NCBI RefSeq assembly: GCF_009834535.1
Contig: NC_045696.1
Coordinates: forward strand, 93,064,001-93,128,000
Source of the DNA: Camelus ferus
Taxonomy: Eukaryota
DNA: 64,000 bases
Direction: 5' to 3'
The notes under the pieces are model-generated. The model was not told the DNA's origin. It saw only the letters and a list, made by a program, of their open reading frames with translations, and made no database searches. The position numbers and the translations under genes are program-made. The number at the start of each line of letters is the position of its first letter. The first letter of the stretch is position 1. Positions 1-11,070 of this stretch are shown one piece after another.

Positions 1-710
1 AATAGTGGCAATTATTGTTAGTAAAGCTCGAGGCCATGACAAAATAATTACAGGTCAAATGATTACAGACGTATGATGGATGAGGCCGAACACAATCAGT
101 GCAATTATTATGGTTTTGCTTTATTGCTTTTGGTAAGAACTTTACTAATTCAGACAAGTTGGGATAGGGAAAAAGTCAAGTCTAACTGATGAGCAGTCTT
201 AATTACAGACTGTTTTTGAGGAAATGGTTTTTGGTTACTTTTAGCTTCATGCAGTAATTAGAACCAGGCTACAAATTCTTACCTAGTATATATCCTTAAG
301 GGACTGGCTTTAATGATTAATTAAAATGATTTTCATTAACATCACAAAGCTTTCACTTGCTATAAAAGGTTTCTTTTCATAAGCAGTTCGTTTTCTTTAG
401 CACTAGAATAACTCCTATTGGAATGATTTGACCGGCATCAACCACATGGCAATTCCTTCCGTGGCTCCAGGTATCAGCAAAGAGGCGCCAGCTGGGAGCT
501 AGAGCCTTGGCTGTTGGAGCGTCCTGTCCTGGGGAGCATTCCTGGGAGGGCACAGCCTCTGGTGCTACCACTCCTTTCCTGTTGTTCCCCCACCTGCGGT
601 GGTAGCTGCTGCCTGCAATGACTAATATCTGGGTTATGTCGGCGTGCTATTTTTCGCTCTTTTAGTGTTCCAACAACCACATAACCAAGTCTTGGAGTTA
701 AATCCCCTCT

Positions 711-1000
711 ATTTTATTTTGTTAATTTTAAAATTGAAGTATAGTTGATTTACAATATGTTAGTTTCTGGTGTACAGCATAGTGATTCATTTATACATGT
801 GTATATTCCTTTTCATATTCTTTTTCATTATAGGCCATGACAAGATATTGAATATAGTTCCCTGTGCTATACAATAGGACCCTGTTGCTTATCTATTTTA
901 TATATAGTAGTTAGTATCTACAAATCTCGGACTCCCAGTTTAATCCCTTTCCACCTTTTCCCCCATGGTAACTGTAAGTTTGTTTTCTGTGTGAGTCTGT
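711..1000 (-). mobile_element. LINE-1 3' UTR fragment
   Basis: ATTGAAGTATAGTTGATTTACAAT...GAATATAGTTCCCTGTGCTATACA; same antisense L1 3' end seen at 3.7, 6.4 and 30.4 kb. Confidence 0.9.
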
Positions 1001-1011
1001 CAACACATTTC

Positions 1012-1109
1012 TTTTTTTTTTTTTTTTTAAATGTAGGTATGGGGAATTGAACTCAGGACCTTGTGCATGCTAAGCACGTGCTCTACCATTGAGCTATTAC
1101 CCTTCCCCC
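1012..1109 (-). mobile_element. tRNA-derived SINE (camelid vic-1 type)
   Basis: Reverse complement reads TAGCTCAATGGTAGAGCACGTGCTTAGCATGCACAAGGTCCTGAGTTCAATTCCC (A/B boxes), with poly-T tail at 1012-1028. Confidence 0.88.
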
Positions 1110-2511
1110 TCCGTTTGTTTTAAATACTTGGCATAACTATCCTCTTGACTAGACCCCAGTTGATACCATACACCAGGAGGGACAGCTAGAGCCAACCAGG
1201 GAGATGGCAAAGATTGGAGCAGAGAGTCAGCAACTAGAGAAGAGGTCTAGGGCTGAACTGGAGGCAGGAATTGGAAGGGGGATTTCTAAGGCAATCCCAC
1301 TAATTCAGCTAATGCCTTCTCTTTGGCGAGGTGCATTGTCATAACAGCATGACTATTAGCATTTCCTACTCTCTAGCCGACTGGGCTTGCAGAAGGTCAT
1401 CCACTCTTTAGGACTTGGATTTACAATATGCAAAATATGTGGATTAGTCTAGATGAATTCTATGTTTCCTTTCAGCTCTAAGTTTCTCTTGAGCCAGTTG
1501 ACAATTTTGCTCAGGGTCAGTTCAGAAAAGCTATCACATTTCTTTCCATATGCTAAGTGAAGACAGGCTTAAGAAAGCAGAATGATTTGGCTTCATGGTG
1601 TGCACTGCCTCCTGGACAGGTAACAGAAATGTTTTGTATAGTCCCTGCCGAGCTCAGATAAGAAAACTTAACAAAAAGCACTGCCACGTAGCAACAAGCA
1701 TGTCACAGAGCGGCATGTTACACGTCAGTATGATTGTGTTTAAAAGGTGGTCCTTCCAAAAGTGTGACAGCAAAATAAAGTGAGAGCCAGAAAGCTAATA
1801 AGCTAATTAAGTTGGGGTGGAATAAAACTAGATGTTGTGCTGGATTTCTGAATGTGATGTAATTAAAATGACTATGCGTTTGTCTTCCTGTATGCAAAAT
1901 GTAATGCCTTTTCTGAACAAGTTTCCCAAGAAGGAATAAATTCATTTGTTTGTTTACCACTCTTCAAAGAACCAGCCTTCCTTTTATTTTGAGTCTGTTA
2001 TTTTAAGTGGCAATCAGGTTTCGCTGATCTTAATGTAATTAACATGGGCAGATGCTTTGCATTTGTTCCTGTGAATTGCTGAGGATGTGTGTGGGCTGCT
2101 GTGGGCTTCTGGCAAAACCTGTTCTGTATTGTGATGTGAGGTGACCCAATATCAAAGCCTTACCTCCTCAGCAGGTAAAGATGATATTAGAAATTAAAGA
2201 GATCTGAGACTCTGAATAACATCATTTGTAATTAGCTTGAGGGTAGCTCAGCTGCCTGGCTTTCAGGTTGTCAGTTAATATGAAAAAGTTAGCATCTGCT
2301 GGATAATGAACACCTGTGACAATGCTGGTATCTTGGGTATCAGTCAATTGAAAAATAAATCATTTCAGTGTGGGTCAGATTTGGCTGGTATTTAATTTCC
2401 ACACGCTGGATTATTTTCTAGTCCGGAACGAAGCATTGGGAGGACTTGAAACTGTTCTTGCATGGCTGCATTGTGAGTGAAGCTCGAACAGCTGCCACCC
2501 ATTTCCAACTT

Positions 2512-2519
2512 GCCCCGCC
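2512..2519 (-). promoter_or_regulatory. GC box (SP/KLF)
   Basis: GCCCCGCC; a second G-rich box GGGGAGGGGAGGGCG lies at ~2594-2608. Confidence 0.5.
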
Positions 2520-2570
2520 TGCTGGGCCAACCCACCCCTAAAGCGTGGGCATCAGCTGATCAGAAGTGAT

Positions 2571-2587
2571 TTCCCAGAAGGCCGCGG
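2571..2587 (+). promoter_or_regulatory. ZNF143/Staf-like binding motif
   Basis: TTCCCAGAAGGCCGCGG resembles the SBS motif TTCCCANNATGCNNYG. Confidence 0.55.
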
Positions 2588-2607
2588 GCTTGAGGGGAGG
2601 GGAGGGC

Positions 2608-2618
2608 GAAATGGCGGC
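2608..2618 (+). promoter_or_regulatory. YY1 motif overlapping a Kozak-context ATG
   Basis: GAAATGGCGGC. Confidence 0.55.
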
Positions 2619-2678
2619 CGAGGGGGTCTGCGCTGCACGCTCGTGCGGCTCGCCTGCCTGTGATCCCAGCTACACCCT

Positions 2679-2688
2679 CGCCATCTTG
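2679..2688 (-). promoter_or_regulatory. YY1 motif
   Basis: CGCCATCTTG is the reverse complement of CAAGATGGCG. Confidence 0.6.
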
Positions 2689-3167
2689 TCATGAGCCGCT
2701 GCTGGGCCCACATTATGACGCGATGGGTCTGACAGGACCACGTTCGTGCTGAGCAGTTCTGGACGCATGGTTGCCTCGTGCCCCGCGGCCAAGCGCTCCG
2801 TCTCACCCAGAGCTCAGGAGCCAATGAGCAGTTGTCTCTCGAAGGTGTCTGATTCCTCCCTGCCTGTGGCATGGCCTCGCTTCAGACTCCCAGGGCTCGT
2901 GCTGTCATTCTCCGCCGCAGCCTACAGACGCTCCGCGCAGCGTCTTTTCCCACCACGGATCTCTCTGCCTCCTCCGAAGGGCCCGGCGGCCGGGCTGCGT
3001 GTCCCCCCCGCAGGCCCGGGCCTGCCGCAGAGCCCTTCCTTCCCGGGGCCCCACTCAGGGCCTGCGGGAGTTTGGGTCACCCGGTACCGAGGCCGGAACC
3101 GTGTTCCCAGGTGTGGAACATGCTGCCGTCAGATCCTGAATGCGCTGAGCTTCCTACTGCAGGGTAG

Positions 3168-3176
3168 AAGGTAAGC
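3168..3176 (+). other. 5' splice donor of a putative first exon (exon end 3170)
   Basis: AAG|GTAAGC at the downstream edge of the CpG island. Confidence 0.6.
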
Positions 3177-3704
3177 TGCGATAATTCTTCTTTCACTTTG
3201 GAGAGGATTTACTGGCACGCCCAATACCACTGAACACCAATATTTTTTTTTATCGTTATAGCCCCTTGAATCTTTGTAAGGCTTGTCTTCCACCTTCTGG
3301 AGTACGTGGGTCTTACCAAGGCCTCAAGGTTGTTCGATTTCATATTATCCAGCCCAGTGGCATAATGTTACTGGTGTAATGAATCATCGTGGTTCTCTGT
3401 GGGATATCCACATAGTCCAGATATCTTTGGAATATATCATGACCAGAGGAAGGAGAGTTAACAGAGTTCTAGGTCAAATTGTGAACGTACAGTGCTGCCT
3501 GTTCCATTTGAATGCAAACTGTTTCTCATCCTTTTTTTCGGATAAGAATAGAAGAAAAAAAAAAAGCCAAATCAGTGGCCACAAGCCTGAGGCTGAGGCT
3601 GTGTTGATCTGCTCTAGAAAAATACTGCATGTAGCACAGTGGCTGCAGTTGGGGCTGTTACCTGGTTGAGTTTTCGGGAGTCCACTCTAGAACCCATCTG
3701 TTTT

Positions 3705-4598
3705 CTTCCAAAAGAAACAAATTTTTATTGAAGTATAGTTGATTTACAATGTATTAGTTTCATGTGTACAGTAGAGTGATTCAGTTATACATATATATAT
3801 TCTTTTTCAGATTCTTTTCCATTATAGGTTGTTACAAGATACAGAATATAGTTCCCTGTGCTATATAGTAGGTCCTGTTTTTTTAATCTATTTTATATAC
3901 AATAGTGTGTGTCTGCTAATCTCAAACTCCTAATTTATGTCTCCTCCATTTTCCCCTTTAGTAGCCATAAATTTGTTTCCTCTGTCTGTGAGTCTATTTC
4001 TGCTTTGTAAATAAGTTCATTTGTATTTTTTTTATATTCCACATATAAGCGGTATCATACGATATTTATCTTTGTCTAACTTACTTAGCATGATAATCTC
4101 TGGGTGCATCCATGTTACTGTAAATGCCATTATTTCATTCCTTTTTATGGCTGAGTAGTATTCCATTGTGTATGTATACCACATCTTTATCCAGTCATCT
4201 GTTGATGGACATTTAGGTTGCTTTCATGTCTTGGCTATTGTAAATAGTGCTGTTCTGAACACTGGGGTGCATGTATCTTTTGAAATTAGCGTTTTCATCT
4301 TTGCCAGATATATGCCTAGGAGTGGGATTTCTGGATCATATGGTAACTCTATTTTTAGATTTTTTTAATTTAATTTTTAAATTTTTTTGTATGGGGGGAG
4401 GTAATTAGGTTTACTTGTTTATTTATTTTTGGAGGGGTACTGGGGATTGAACCCAGATGTATGCTAAGCATGCAGCTCTACCACTTGAGCTATATACCCT
4501 CCCCACCCTATTTTTAGTTTTTTAAGGAACCTCCATACTATTCTCCATAGCGGCTGCACCAATTTACATTCCCACCAACAATGTAGGAGGGTTCCCTT
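3705..4598 (-). mobile_element. 5'-truncated LINE-1 inserted in the ERV-L pol
   Basis: Antisense L1 3' end; 17-bp TSD TAGAACCCATCTGTTTT at 3688-3704 and 4599-4615. Confidence 0.93.
4359..4507 (-). mobile_element. vic-1-type SINE nested in the L1
   Basis: GGTACTGGGGATTGAACCCAG...GCTAAGCATGCAGCTCTACCACTTGAGCTATATACCCTCCCC; TSD CTATTTTTAG at 4349-4358 and 4508-4517. Confidence 0.9.
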
Positions 4599-4619
4599 TA
4601 GAACCCATCTGTTTTTTCT

Positions 4620-4651
<32 letters not shown>

Positions 4652-5015
4652 TGCATGGACCAGACTGGAGAATCAAATGAAGATATGATGGGTACCATCA
4701 CCCCTGCATCCTTTAGGCCCTTAAGGGTTGTTGATTCCTGCCATCCACCATCCCTGGGATGTGATTTTTTAAAATTTGGGGGTAGGCAGTTTCAGAGGTC
4801 TCAGTTTGACCTTACCCATCATGAGATTCCTTATTTCACAGGTGAGGGCATTATACCCACTGACTAAGCACACTGATCCCAATTATAAATTTGGGAACCA
4901 GGAACACTCACTTGGTTGGTTTACAGACCCAGTGGACTCCATCTATCATACCATAACCCTGTCCCCCAAAGAGGAGGGCCAGGATACCTGGGCACCCATG
5001 TCAACTCAGACAGTC
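4599..5015 (-). mobile_element. Degenerate ERV-L pro-pol, part 2 (protease remnant and RT N-terminus)
   Basis: Minus strand gives [57 protein letters not shown]; cf. recalled ERV-L LKDAGVVIPTTSPFNSPIWPVQK. Confidence 0.85.
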
Positions 5016-5372
5016 CCTTCTTTCTAACCTGGACAGAGGACACAGCCTGCAAACAGCCTTCTACCAGAAAACACTTCACACAAAACAAAACAAAAACACC
5101 TAAGTGTAACAAGTCAGGAATATATAGCAGATATCCAAAGAATGACACTGACAGTGATGGTGCAGGAACTGGAGGAGAACACTGGCACTGGAGATCTTTA
5201 TCTGAAGATCTCTATGTTCCTCTACTTATTCCTGGAGTGGATTCTTCAGGGATTCACATGTGAAAATAAATCTGCCAATGATCAGTAGGAGTCCATTATT
5301 ATTTCTATTTTAGAAATAACACTCCAAAAAGAATCTTACATATTTCCATCAAGACAAAACAAATCACAATTT

Positions 5373-5467
5373 GGGGGGTGGATATAGCTCAGTGGTAGAG
5401 TGCATGCTTAGCATGCACAAAGTCCTGGGTTTAATCCCCAATGCCTCTATTAACAGCAACAAAAAAA
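5373..5467 (+). mobile_element. vic-1-type SINE
   Basis: GGATATAGCTCAGTGGTAGAGTGCATGCTTAGCATGCACAAAGTCCTGGGTTTAATCCCC plus A tail; flanking direct repeat AGACAAAACA. Confidence 0.92.
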
Positions 5468-6380
5468 GAGACAAAACAGATGACTCATTTGGAACTTAAT
5501 AATTTTGAATTGACAAGCACACATCCAAGGGAAACATGGATATGAGCAAGTGGAAAGAAGGCATTAGCTACAGTTTACTTTCATCCTTAAGTGCGTGTTG
5601 CCCTTGACAGTTTTAATAACTCTTTTGTCTGACTTACAGAGCTTTGTGCTGTCTATTTGGCTCTCAGTTAAATTGGTTCCCTGAAAAGGAAATATAAACC
5701 AGTGCTCAGTGTTCCAACTGCTTTCAAGTAAAGCAGATTAGCAATATGGTGCATCCCGTGGCTCTCTGTTCAACAATTATAAATGTTGACTTGTTTCTTC
5801 AAAAGTGCATTCACCACATATGGTGCTTTCTGAAAGACTGAAATAGTGGCTCTTTTTTGGAAATGGCATCAATAGCATTTTCTAAACCTCATACTGATAA
5901 GCGCCTTTGGTTGATATACATATTACCAGTGTTTGCATACATATTGTGTATAAGACATGCTTTAAGGTCCCCATGCAGAATAAAAAGCCTACCTCTGTTT
6001 CTAAAGAGACTGCTTCCAAAACTTGCAGGGCTCTCAGCTCTGGCATCAGCTGACAAGAGGCCCAGCAGGAGCTGGTTCTGTTGCCCTTGAGTGTTGTTCA
6101 CAATGATGAGAGCCCTTGGTTTTGGAAGGGACATCAAGGTCACCTAGTGATAAGAAGATCTCAAACCTGACATCAGATTTATCACATTCACCTGGGGAGC
6201 TTAAAAATACATATCTCTCAGTGCTTATCTGGGCTGAGTAACTCAGAATATCGGGGAGAAGGACTTGAAAAACATCAGCCAGATCTGGAAATCGCCGCTC
6301 TGGTCCAACCATATTTCATAATCTTATTAAGTCTTGAAATTTAGAGTCAGAAGTGAATAGATTTCCTTAAAACGAGTTCT

Positions 6381-7313
6381 TTTTTAGAAAATTGAAATAT
6401 AGTCGGTTTATAATATTGTGTTACTTTCTAGTGTACAGCATAATGTTTCAGTTATATATATATATTCCTTTTCATATTCTTTTTCATTATATGCTATTAT
6501 AAGATATTGAGTATAGTTTCCTGTGCTATACAGTAGGACCTTATTGTTTGTCTGTTTTTTATATGGTAGTGTATCTGCAAATCTAGAACTCCCAACTTAT
6601 CTCTTCCCACCCCTTTCCACCCGGTAACCACAAGTTTGTTTTCTATGTCTGTGAGTCTGTTTCTGTTTTGTAAATAAGTTCATTTGTGTCATTGTTTTAG
6701 ATTCCACATACAAGTGATATCATATGACATTTTTCTTTCTCTTTCTGGTTTACTTCACTTAGTATGACAATCTCCAGTTTCATCCATGTTGCTGCAAATG
6801 GCATTATTTTATTCTTTTTTATAGCTGAGTAGTATTCCATTGTTTAAATATACAACTTCTTTATACAATCATCTGTCGATGGACATTTAGGTTGTTTCCA
6901 TGTCTTGGTTATTGTAAATGATGCTGTTGTGAACACTGGGGTGCAGGTGTCTTTTTGAATTAGAGTTTCCTCCAAATATATGCCCAGAAGTAGGATTGCT
7001 GGATCATATGGTAAGTCTGTATTTAGTTTTTTAAGGTATCTCCATACTGTTTCCCATACTGGCTGCACCAGACTACATTCCTACCAACAGTGTAGGAGGG
7101 TTCCCTTTTCTCCACACTCTCGGCAGCATTTACCGTTTGTGGACTTCCGAATGATGGCCATTCCGTCTGGCGTGAGGTAATACCTCATTGTAGTTTTGAT
7201 TTGCATTTCTCTGATAATTGGTGATGTTGAGCATTTTTTCATGTCTTCATTGGAGAATTGCTTGTTTAGGTCTTCTGCCCATTTTTGGATTGGGTTGTTT
7301 ATTTGTCATTGAG
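6381..7313 (-). mobile_element. 5'-truncated LINE-1 (ORF2 end and 3' UTR)
   Basis: ORF 6844..7068 matches L1 ORF2 C-terminus ([22 protein letters not shown]); imperfect TSD TAAAACG(A/T)G(T/C)TCT at 6368-6380 and 7314-7326. Confidence 0.93.
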
Positions 7314-7859
7314 TAAAACGTGCTCTCTTTAACCTCTGGTTGTTGAGCTGTTTGTGAATGTCCCTGCATGGATGGATCAGATCCATGGGCTTATATATGA
7401 TGGGCATCATGCCCTGTTTATATCAGCATCCTCTCACAGAGTCTCCACTGCACCTGGTTCAGAGCCAGTGCATAACATATTTTGGGTCAGATGAATTAGC
7501 AAACTTAGATTTCAGATTTTTTGTTTCAGGCGGCGGCGGGGGGGAATGTCATTCAGAAGAGAAGGATTGAGTCTAATATTCTTGTACCTAAACATTGGTT
7601 AAATCGGAACAAAAACTGCTGTAATCACTTATGAGCATAGACTGGGCTCCTCACCCTTATGCAGGAGTCATAGAGTTCTTAATTGTCATCTGCTGGAATC
7701 AGTGCTGCACTAAATCCAAATAGGCATAGTTTACCAAAGCTTCTCCCTTGGAATAGCTTATGTGGCTAATGACGCTGGAACTTTTATTTGCCTTAGATCC
7801 TAGACCAAAAGCCAGTTGCCACCATGAGGCAGTGTGGGCACAGGGTGGTGGGGAAAGAA

Positions 7860-7990
7860 GAGGCATGAATTCCAGCTGGGTCTGCCATTCTCTGGACGTG
7901 TGATTTACACTTAGCTGTGTCTCTTCTCTGGCCTTCACTTCTGAGTGTAAAGTGGAGGCTTCCTGAGTAAATGATTCTGATCCTTTAACT
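7860..7990 (+). mobile_element. MIR fragment
   Basis: Diverged core TCTGCCATT...GTGTGA...CTCTGGCCTTCACTTCTGAGTGTAAAGTGG. Confidence 0.5.
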
Positions 7991-10900
7991 CAAGGAGAAT
8001 AATCTTTTCCTAATTTTCTGGTGGGAAAGCAAAGCTGGGAGGGAAGCAGGCTCAGCACCGCATGTTTGAAGATGGGTGTGTTTGCCCTTGCATGTCTACG
8101 GAGTCCTTGTGTGATGGAGGACATCCGAGGAGACCTGAGACACTCAGAGACTAATATATCCAGCTTTATGACTAACTGTTTGGAACCAGCTATTTCTGAT
8201 TACCCTCAACACTGTGTACAATCACCAACTGACTTTACTTGGAGCTGCCTTTATCTGTAGAGAAAGCAGTTTTCTGCTTTCTCTCCTCAATACCATTTTG
8301 GGGGACCCTGAGGAGATTGTCTATTTCTTCTGCATTCTCTTCCCCTAGCCTGTTTGATATCTGAATCCCTGCCATGATAACATTATGTTGCCTTTAGCTT
8401 GAGATTTTGTCTCCAAATAAAATGCAAATATCCCTGGGGAAGGGTAACACCTCAGAGTAAGTAAATCATTAGCAATACCACATTTGCATAGATCTTTGCA
8501 GTTTATAAATCACTTTCACACATACTCACGCTTAACTTACAGAACAGCATAAATGACAGCAAATCCAGGGGGATAGCAGCAAAGGAGCTGAAGAACTGCT
8601 GTGTGCTAGACACCCTTGTCTAAACGGACGCAGACCACCTCACCTTAAATCATTTGTGCACAAAAAGTCATGTACATGGAATTTACATACGTAAAGTCAA
8701 ATGATTTTATAAGCATCTTGTGTGATCCACTTGACATTTCTGTGAAGTAGTCATGATTTCCATTCTACAGGTGAGGAAATGAGAAACTGAGACTAAATGA
8801 GAAATTGAGATTAAAAGACTCCTAGTTATTAGAGGAACTGAGTGCAAGTCTTTCCGGAGGGCAGAGTTTGAAAGCTTGGAGGGTGGGGGGGCACACAGGT
8901 TCAGGTTAGAGGCAGGGGGCTGGGGAGGAGGAAGGGTGTCAATAAGAGAACAGAAGGGGCTGCTGGCTTGTTCCCTGCACGGTTTGGTCCTTTGGGGTTT
9001 CTGTTGTTGTCTGGGTAAGATGTAAGTTGGGGCTGTGTCCTTGAAGGGCTGTTTTCCCAGGTCTCCTCCACCCTATCTTTTACTTGTAACAGAAGATTAT
9101 TAGGAACATTGAAGAAAAAGCCCATCCTATTCTCTATTTTGAAAAGAATGGTCTTTTCCTCCTTTCTCAACATATATGAAATGTGATGATCCAAACCAAG
9201 TGAGCCTGAGCTCAAAGCTTTGAGTTTTCTGGGATAACCCAAGGAACGTTGCCTCCTCCTGGCTCAGGGACCCGTGGCCATCATGGGAGTGGAAGAAACT
9301 CTTCTTCCCTGCACTGTAGCTGTGGCTTGGCTAATAGAAGAACTCTTACCTGGAGCCCTAAGTGCTTATTTGTCTTGGTGTAGGTATGTTTTACTACGGG
9401 ATACCCTTCCCACGGCCTACACCAAGCTACGTGTTGAAAGGGGGACTTGCAGCAGGTTTCTGCTGCCCCGTCTGAGTCCTGAAGTGTGAGCCCTTTGCCT
9501 GTCTCAGCAGGACCCATTTTGTCTTTTTCTTTGGTCTCCTGGCCTTGTCTTTTCTTTTTCTTGTCCCGGCTCCATCTCCCCTTGACATTTGACCATCCCC
9601 TCAGTATGACATAGTTCTGACGGCAATAGGCAAGAATAAACGGAAACATTTGGAAAAGGAGAGGTTGGTGCAGAGGAGAGTGGGGTGGGAAGGGGCAGAG
9701 GAGAGATTTTGAGCTGGGCTATTGTTGAAGACAGGGTGCCACCTTCTCCCCAAAGTCATCTGTGATGGTGGAACCACTGCCTTCTCACAACTCCAGTTCA
9801 TTCGAACCTTTCACAGGGGCCTCTTGTCACCATCTGCCTTACTTTATAGTTACTCACACACAGATGTGAGTTCCTTGTCTAGGTTGTCAGCTGTCCTAGG
9901 GGAATTGTCTATTAAAAAAATTAATTCATCTTTATACTCCACACATCACAAAGCACGGTGACTTACTTCTAATAGGATCATAGAAAATGCTCATTGAACC
10001 AACAGAGTAGGAAATGTGAGATGGTTTCCAGTCCGAGGCTTGTATCTCACAAAGAGCCCTCCCAGTGTAAAGGGAAACCAGAGATGTATGTGGACTTGCT
10101 GCTGGGAACTTCCTGGAGAAGAAGGGAGTGATCCTGGAGATGTGCCAACAACATCTCCATGAGAAGTAATTCAGCCTCAGGAAGCAGTAGATAATAAATT
10201 TAGGAAGTGAATGAGGTATGATTACAAATGAATACCTATATTGATGTACATTTATTTATTTGTTGCATCAAATAACAATTTTCACAATAAATCTTAACCC
10301 ACAGCAGAACAACAGAAGGCTAAATTGAAATTATAGAAATGGCTGACATTTACACAATTTCAGAATAAATATATACCAACATGAGAGCCATGTTTGGCAT
10401 TGGCCCTCAGCTTCATTTGTAGCATTTAATAATCCCTCCAGCCTGCCTGAACTAGATTACATGTTTGGTTCCTCTGGCCTGTGCACTAGGTAACAGACAT
10501 GGGTTGCACTGATGTTAGAAAGGTGGTGGGTGATTGAGCTGACACTGATGTCCTTAACATGGTGATACCGTTCTTTCCTCTGAGTCTTTGCAATTCATAT
10601 TGAATTCAAGGTAAAGGCTGGACCCATTAATAAAAGAAATATTGGACTCATTTGGCCCAGGGAAAAATAAAAACTGAACTCATTTAGGAATGAGCTTGCA
10701 GTATTCTGCAATTGAAAACTATTAGTGATGGCATTAACTGTAGGGGTCCTCTATATTCAAGTGTAATTCGAAGAGTGAACTGAGGGTTTGCAATCTGCTC
10801 ACTAGAGGGTGTTAGATACTAAAGAGCTGCCTTCTCAAGGAGCATTGGGCTGTATCTAATTTGACCAAGATCCATCTTTCTGTAAATTAGAAACAAATTC

Positions 10901-11070
10901 CTTACTAGTATAGTCAATAGATCAGGATGTATTTTAAATTGTTTTTCTAATTTAAACATAAATGCTCATTATAGAAAAATAGAAAATACCTAATAATAGA
11001 AATACCCTAAAATATGGAGAACATTTTAAGTCACCTATAATGTTCACATCTAGAACTAAGCACAGTTAGT

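Larger units (their letters stand above)
450..1168 (+). mobile_element. Old ERV-L LTR (LTR33-like), interrupted by an L1 fragment and a SINE
   Basis: TTAAATCCCCTCT (~699-710) resumes after the inserts as GTTTTAAATACTTGG...GACTAGACCCCAGTTGATAC, resembling the recalled LTR33-family 3' end; 5' boundary uncertain. Confidence 0.5.
2510..3185. promoter_or_regulatory. CpG island / putative promoter and first exon
   Basis: Only GC- and CpG-dense segment in the window; contains GC box, ZNF143-like and YY1 motifs; ends at a consensus donor. Confidence 0.8.
2432..3704 (-). mobile_element. Degenerate ERV-L pol (RT, connection and N-terminal RNase H), part 1
   Basis: Minus-strand translation across frameshifts gives colinear ERV-L Pol motifs: KTDG, RKLNQV, LEQINTA, KQFAFKW, IHYTSNIM (decayed HYIDDIM, 3361-3387), TKIQG, GVQW, RQHVPHLG, YRVT..EWGP, FERQLL, ETERL..GHEATMRPEL, VLSDPS, AQTP, SDQL, WKWVAA, KSSQ. 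Confidence 0.88.

Noticed and set aside
2656..2673. GCCTGTGATCCCAGCTAC resembling the 7SL/Alu 5' domain
   Set aside because: Only 18 nt with no further 7SL similarity, and it is colinear with Pol codons on the other strand
2746..3174. 142-aa + strand ORF and overlapping 98-aa and 106-aa ORFs in the CpG island as a protein-coding first exon
   Set aside because: No recognisable cellular protein; GC-rich DNA lacks stops by chance; the sequence is explained as ERV-L pol or its antisense. The frame is open at the donor, so coding cannot be fully excluded.
2432..5015. Domesticated, intact retroviral pol gene
   Set aside because: Many stops and frameshifts, catalytic YIDD decayed to YTSN, and an L1 insertion
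5373..5467. tRNA genes, here and at the five similar copies
   Set aside because: They have A-rich tails, TSDs and diverged stems, so they are tRNA-derived SINEs
8777..8815. Short tandem duplication AAATGAGAAA(C/T)TGAGA(C/T)T, and similar micro-duplications near 28018
   Set aside because: Ordinary slippage duplications within MIR-like sequence
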